A stretch of 64,000 nucleotides of DNA from the human T2T-CHM13v2.0 reference genome, Homo sapiens: the NCBI RefSeq assembly GCF_009914755.1, contig NC_060926.1. One strand, 5' to 3'. Under the pieces are notes generated by a model. That model saw only the letters and a program-made list of their open reading frames with translations. It did not search any database and had not been told where the DNA came from. Shown here one piece after another: positions 60,340 through 64,000 of this stretch. The translations under genes were made by a program, and so were the position numbers. Every line of letters starts with the position of its first letter. Within the stretch, counting starts at the first letter, position 1.

Positions 60340-61230
60340 TACGCTAATAGAGTCATGCACAGGGTATGATATTAAAGGATGAAATTTGGGCTCCTAATAC
60401 AACTTGGTGGCAGACAGTAGAGTGAGCAAGTGAGTGCTAGAGAAAGTGGTACCTGCCATGTGTTTTGAAGGATAAGTTGGAGCTAACTGAGAGAATGACA
60501 GGGAAGGGAGAGAATAATATATTCAAAGGTATAAATGTAAGAAAACCCTTGAGGAGCCTGAAGTACCATAAAAGCCCCATGATAATGCAATTATTTGAAT
60601 TCAGATATAAAGCAATTGGCTCACCTGGTCATTTCATTACCCTTGCAAGACAGCTGTCTGCATTTTACATGACTGAATGTTCTAGATCCCATTTATGCTG
60701 CTATGGCAGCATTTCCTTCAGCTCATTGAAAGTGGCTGGAGTGTGATGTATGTGACAATGAGTGATGGAGAGGGGGCTGTGTAAGAGATGACTCTGAAGA
60801 GTTAGGTCATGAAAAATCTTAGGTGCCACACATTAGAGTCTAGATTTTATCCTGAATGTAATTTTGAGTTAGAAGAATATTAAGCAGAGAAAATGGCATG
60901 TACAGATTTCTGTTTAGGAAAATAACTAGCATTAATATATAAGATAGACTGAAGGAGCTAAAACATATGCATGGAGATGGGATAATATAATGAAGATCTG
61001 AACTAAGACAATTGTAGCAGAAATGGAGACAGAGGGTTTCAAGAGACATTTGGAAGGACAAATTGACAGAACTTAGTGACTAAAGGATGTGGACATGAAG
61101 GGAAAAAATGGCTGCCATCTTACTGTTTTGAATGACTCAGTAGAAGACGAATTCATTTCCCACATTAGGCAACGGCCAGTTTGGGAAAAAGGGAAGATAA
61201 AGGATTTAGTATTAAATGTGTTGAAAATGT
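60340..61230 (-). mobile_element. L2 fragments (additional L2 tails near 58433 and 61620-61760)
   Basis: gattttatcctgaatg..ttaagcagaga..gcatg..cagatt..gtttaggaaaataac; cattcattcattca tails. Confidence 0.6.
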
Positions 61231-62672
61231 GTAATATACCCACATTTCCTTGATTATTTTTCTTTAGGTATTGCAATTGGGTTAGTCTAGTGTAATGAAA
61301 AGCTATTAGATTCCAATAGCTGGAAGTGAGCTGGATTTGATTCATTTTTCATGAGTTGATGGGAAGACTGGAAACAAAGCTGTCAGAGGCTTAGTTTGAC
61401 ATTATTTGTCATCAGCTTAAACTAGAATTTTAATAAATGGGAAGAGGCAAAATTGATTTCATTAAGGAAGAGGAAATGAGAACGGAGACACCTGTTTTGG
61501 AAAAAAGACTGCTAATTCCTGGTTAAGATCGTGCATTTGTCATTAGGAATGCTGAATTATGTTAGTGATGTGACACAGTGTCTCCTGGAATGAGCTTTAG
61601 TAGCAAAAAAGGGTTAATTTTTTTTGAAACTTTATTGATTCATTGATTTAACCATTCCATTAATCATTCATGTATATCATTCATATATGTCCATCCATCC
61701 ACCCCTCCCTCCCTCCATTTAATAAATATTTATTGAACATCTGATAAATGCCAGGCACATTGAAAGAGCAGGGAGAGTTTAGGAAATTTTTAAACAGAAA
61801 GGATAAAATTGTGGTCAGAACATTCTCCTGGAGATAATATGGGATCTAGGAAACAAGATAGCAATAACTAAAGTAGATTAACACCTACTTTTTGTTGAAT
61901 TAGTTTTAGCTATGGCTCAAGTTTTGCTTTTTTTTTTTTTCCCAGGCCTTATTTATGCTCAGTTTCCATATAAACCCTATAATCTTTCCTTGCTTACAGT
62001 TTCATGAGATTCATATTCCTTTTCCTAAGAATGGGGAACAAAAACACGTCAAAAGGAAAAGCATTACTAGGCTAAAACTACTAGGAACCGCTACATTCAC
62101 AAAAATCTAGACCTTTACTAGCAAGGATATAATAATAAAACAAGAGCTACATTTTACTAATTAGCGCACAGGCCAAAAAGCCTCTGAATATTTATGCTCT
62201 CAGAAACCATTTTCTCATCAATTTACTTCTGTGTGATTGCTATTTGGTTACTACTGCAGGGAGCAGAATTCTTTCAAATGTTGGTTCTATGAAGCATCTT
62301 TAGTGCCCTCTCTTTTAAAGTTCAAAAAGAAACAAAGTCCATTAACAGTGGAGGTCGCTAAAGATTTTAGGACTAACTTAGCATTCAGAGGATTTTTATC
62401 CATTGTTTCTCTTAGCACAATTTCACATATATGATTCAGTACCTAAGTATAGCAACCAAAAAACAATTTGTGTCCTTTCTCAAATCTTAGGATAATTTAC
62501 ATTAGCAGAACTAATATAAGAACCATTGATTTCCTTTTTTCCTCCAAACACTAGACCAGTTTTTTAAAGCATGAACTGCAACAAACAAGTGGTGTTCTTT
62601 GACTAAGAAGCAACTAATAGTTCAGTTCTACCCCTGTGACTTAATTTTTACCTCCAGTAGCAACATGATATG

Positions 62673-63040
62673 TGTCAGGCCTCTGAGCCCAAGCCTGCCT
62701 GTATATATCCAGATGGCCTGAGACAACTGAAGAACCACAAAAGAAGTGAAAATGGCCGGTTCCTGCCTTAACTGATGACATTACCTTGTGAAATTCCTTC
62801 TCCTGGCTCAGAAGCTCTCCCACTGAGCTTCCTTGTGACCCCTGCCCCTGCCTGCAAGAGAACAACCCCCTTTGACTGTAATTTTCCACTATCTACCCAA
62901 ATCCTATAAAACTGCCCCACCCCTAACTTCCTTTGCTGACTCTCTTTTCGGAATCAGCCCACCTGCACCCAGGTAATTAAAAAGCTTTATTGCTCACACA
63001 AAGCCTGTTTGGTGGTCTCTTCACATGGACACGTGTGACA
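62673..63040 (+). mobile_element. HERV-H 5' LTR (LTR7 family, older LTR7C/B-like), 368 bp
   Basis: TGTCAGGCCTCTGAGCCCAAGC start, TG...CA ends, U5 ctcacacaaagcctgtttggtggtctcttcac. Confidence 0.93.
62905..62911 (+). promoter_or_regulatory. LTR TATA box (poly(A) signal ATTAAA at 62976-62981)
   Basis: cccaaatccTATAAAActgcccc at the expected LTR7 position. Confidence 0.75.
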
Positions 63041-63042
63041 TT

Positions 63043-63061
63043 TGGTGCTGAAGACCCGGGA
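63043..63061 (+). other. Retroviral primer-binding site, tRNA-Phe-like
   Basis: TGGTGCTGAAGACCCGGGA, 2 nt after the LTR end. Confidence 0.75.
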
Positions 63062-63543
63062 CAGGAGGACTCCTTTGGGAGACCAGTCCCCTGTCCTTGT
63101 CCTCACTCTGTGAGGAGATCCACCTACCACCTCGGGTCCTCAGACCAGCCCAAGGAACATCTCCCCAATTTTAAATCAGTTAAGCGGCTTCTTTTTATTC
63201 TCTTCTCTAACCTCTCTTGCTATCCCTCCACCCTTCAATCTCTCCCTTCCTTAATATTGGTTCCTTTCCTTTTCTGGTAGAGACAGAGGAGATGTGTTTT
63301 ATCCATGAACTCAAAACTCCAGCGCCGGTCACAGACTCGAGAAGACAGTCTTCCCTTGGTATCTAATCACTGTGGGGATGCCTGCCTGATTATTCTCCCA
63401 CTTTTCAGAGGTGTCTGATCACCACGGGGATGCCTGTCTTGATCCTTCACCTTAGTGGCAATTACCACTTCCCCTGGGTGACAAGTACCCACTGCCCTCT
63501 CTCCATGTCTCTACCCTCTTTTATCTAGATTTACCTTTTTACT

Positions 63544-63918
63544 ACGGGCAATCTTCCGCCCACCATTCATCCTTCTTCTCCCTTAAGGCTAAGTGTTCTA
63601 AAAAACTTAAAACCTCTTCAACTCTCACCTGACCTAAAACCTAAGCATCTTATTTGCTTCTGCAACACCACTTGGCCCCAATACAAACTCGACAATGGTT
63701 CTAAATGGCCAGAAAATGGCACTTTTGAATTCCCTAGCCTACAAGATCTAGATAATTTTGTCGAAAAATGGGCAAATGGTCTGAGGTGCCTGACGTCCAG
63801 GCATTCTTTTACACATTGGTCCCTCCCTAGTCTCTACTCCCAATGCACCTCATCCCAAATCTTTCTTCTTTCTCTCCTGTCTGTTCCTTCAGTCTCCACC
63901 CCAAGCAGAGTCCTCTGA
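63544..63918 (+). pseudogene. HERV-H gag (matrix) remnant with ATG changed to ACG; 124 sense codons
   Basis: Translated by hand: no stop from 63544 until TGA at 63916-63918. Confidence 0.75.
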
Positions 63919-64000
63919 ATCCTCTTTTTCTATGGGCCCATCTGACCTCTCCACTCCTCCCCAGGCTGCTTCTCACCAGGCTGAGCCAGGTCCCAATTCT

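Larger units (their letters stand above)
63041..64000 (+). mobile_element. HERV-H internal region (leader and 5' gag), continues beyond the window
   Basis: Leader gagatccacctac..cctc.ggtcctcagacc; gag matrix-like translation GNLPP..VLKNLKPLQL.PDLKPK..CNT.WPQYKLDNGSKWPENGTF. Confidence 0.92.

Overview
Primate (human-like) genomic DNA, AT-rich and full of repeats. It lies entirely inside the ABCA12 gene (epidermal lipid ABC transporter, the harlequin ichthyosis gene) on the minus strand. Seven coding exons are present, with canonical AG/GT boundaries and consistent phases; they correspond to exons 3-9 by recalled numbering and encode the N-terminal extracellular domain. The start of the short isoform (MFTYIKIITSG) sits just upstream of exon 9. 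The rest is intron: 18 Alus, several L1, L2 and MIR fragments, hAT DNA-transposon relics, MaLR LTRs, microsatellites, and the 5' LTR, PBS and gag of a HERV-H provirus antisense to the gene at the right edge. There are no prokaryotic features. Most notable oddities: (1) an AluY whose tail and 22-nt 3' extension match the tail and unique flank of a different-subfamily Alu 41 kb away, ending at a Pol III terminator; (2) a candidate alternative terminal exon in intron 2 giving a ~90-aa truncated ABCA12; (3) a near-perfect 20-bp hairpin; (4) an ACG-initiated 124-codon HERV-H gag frame. Repeat subfamily calls and most repeat boundaries are by eye and approximate.
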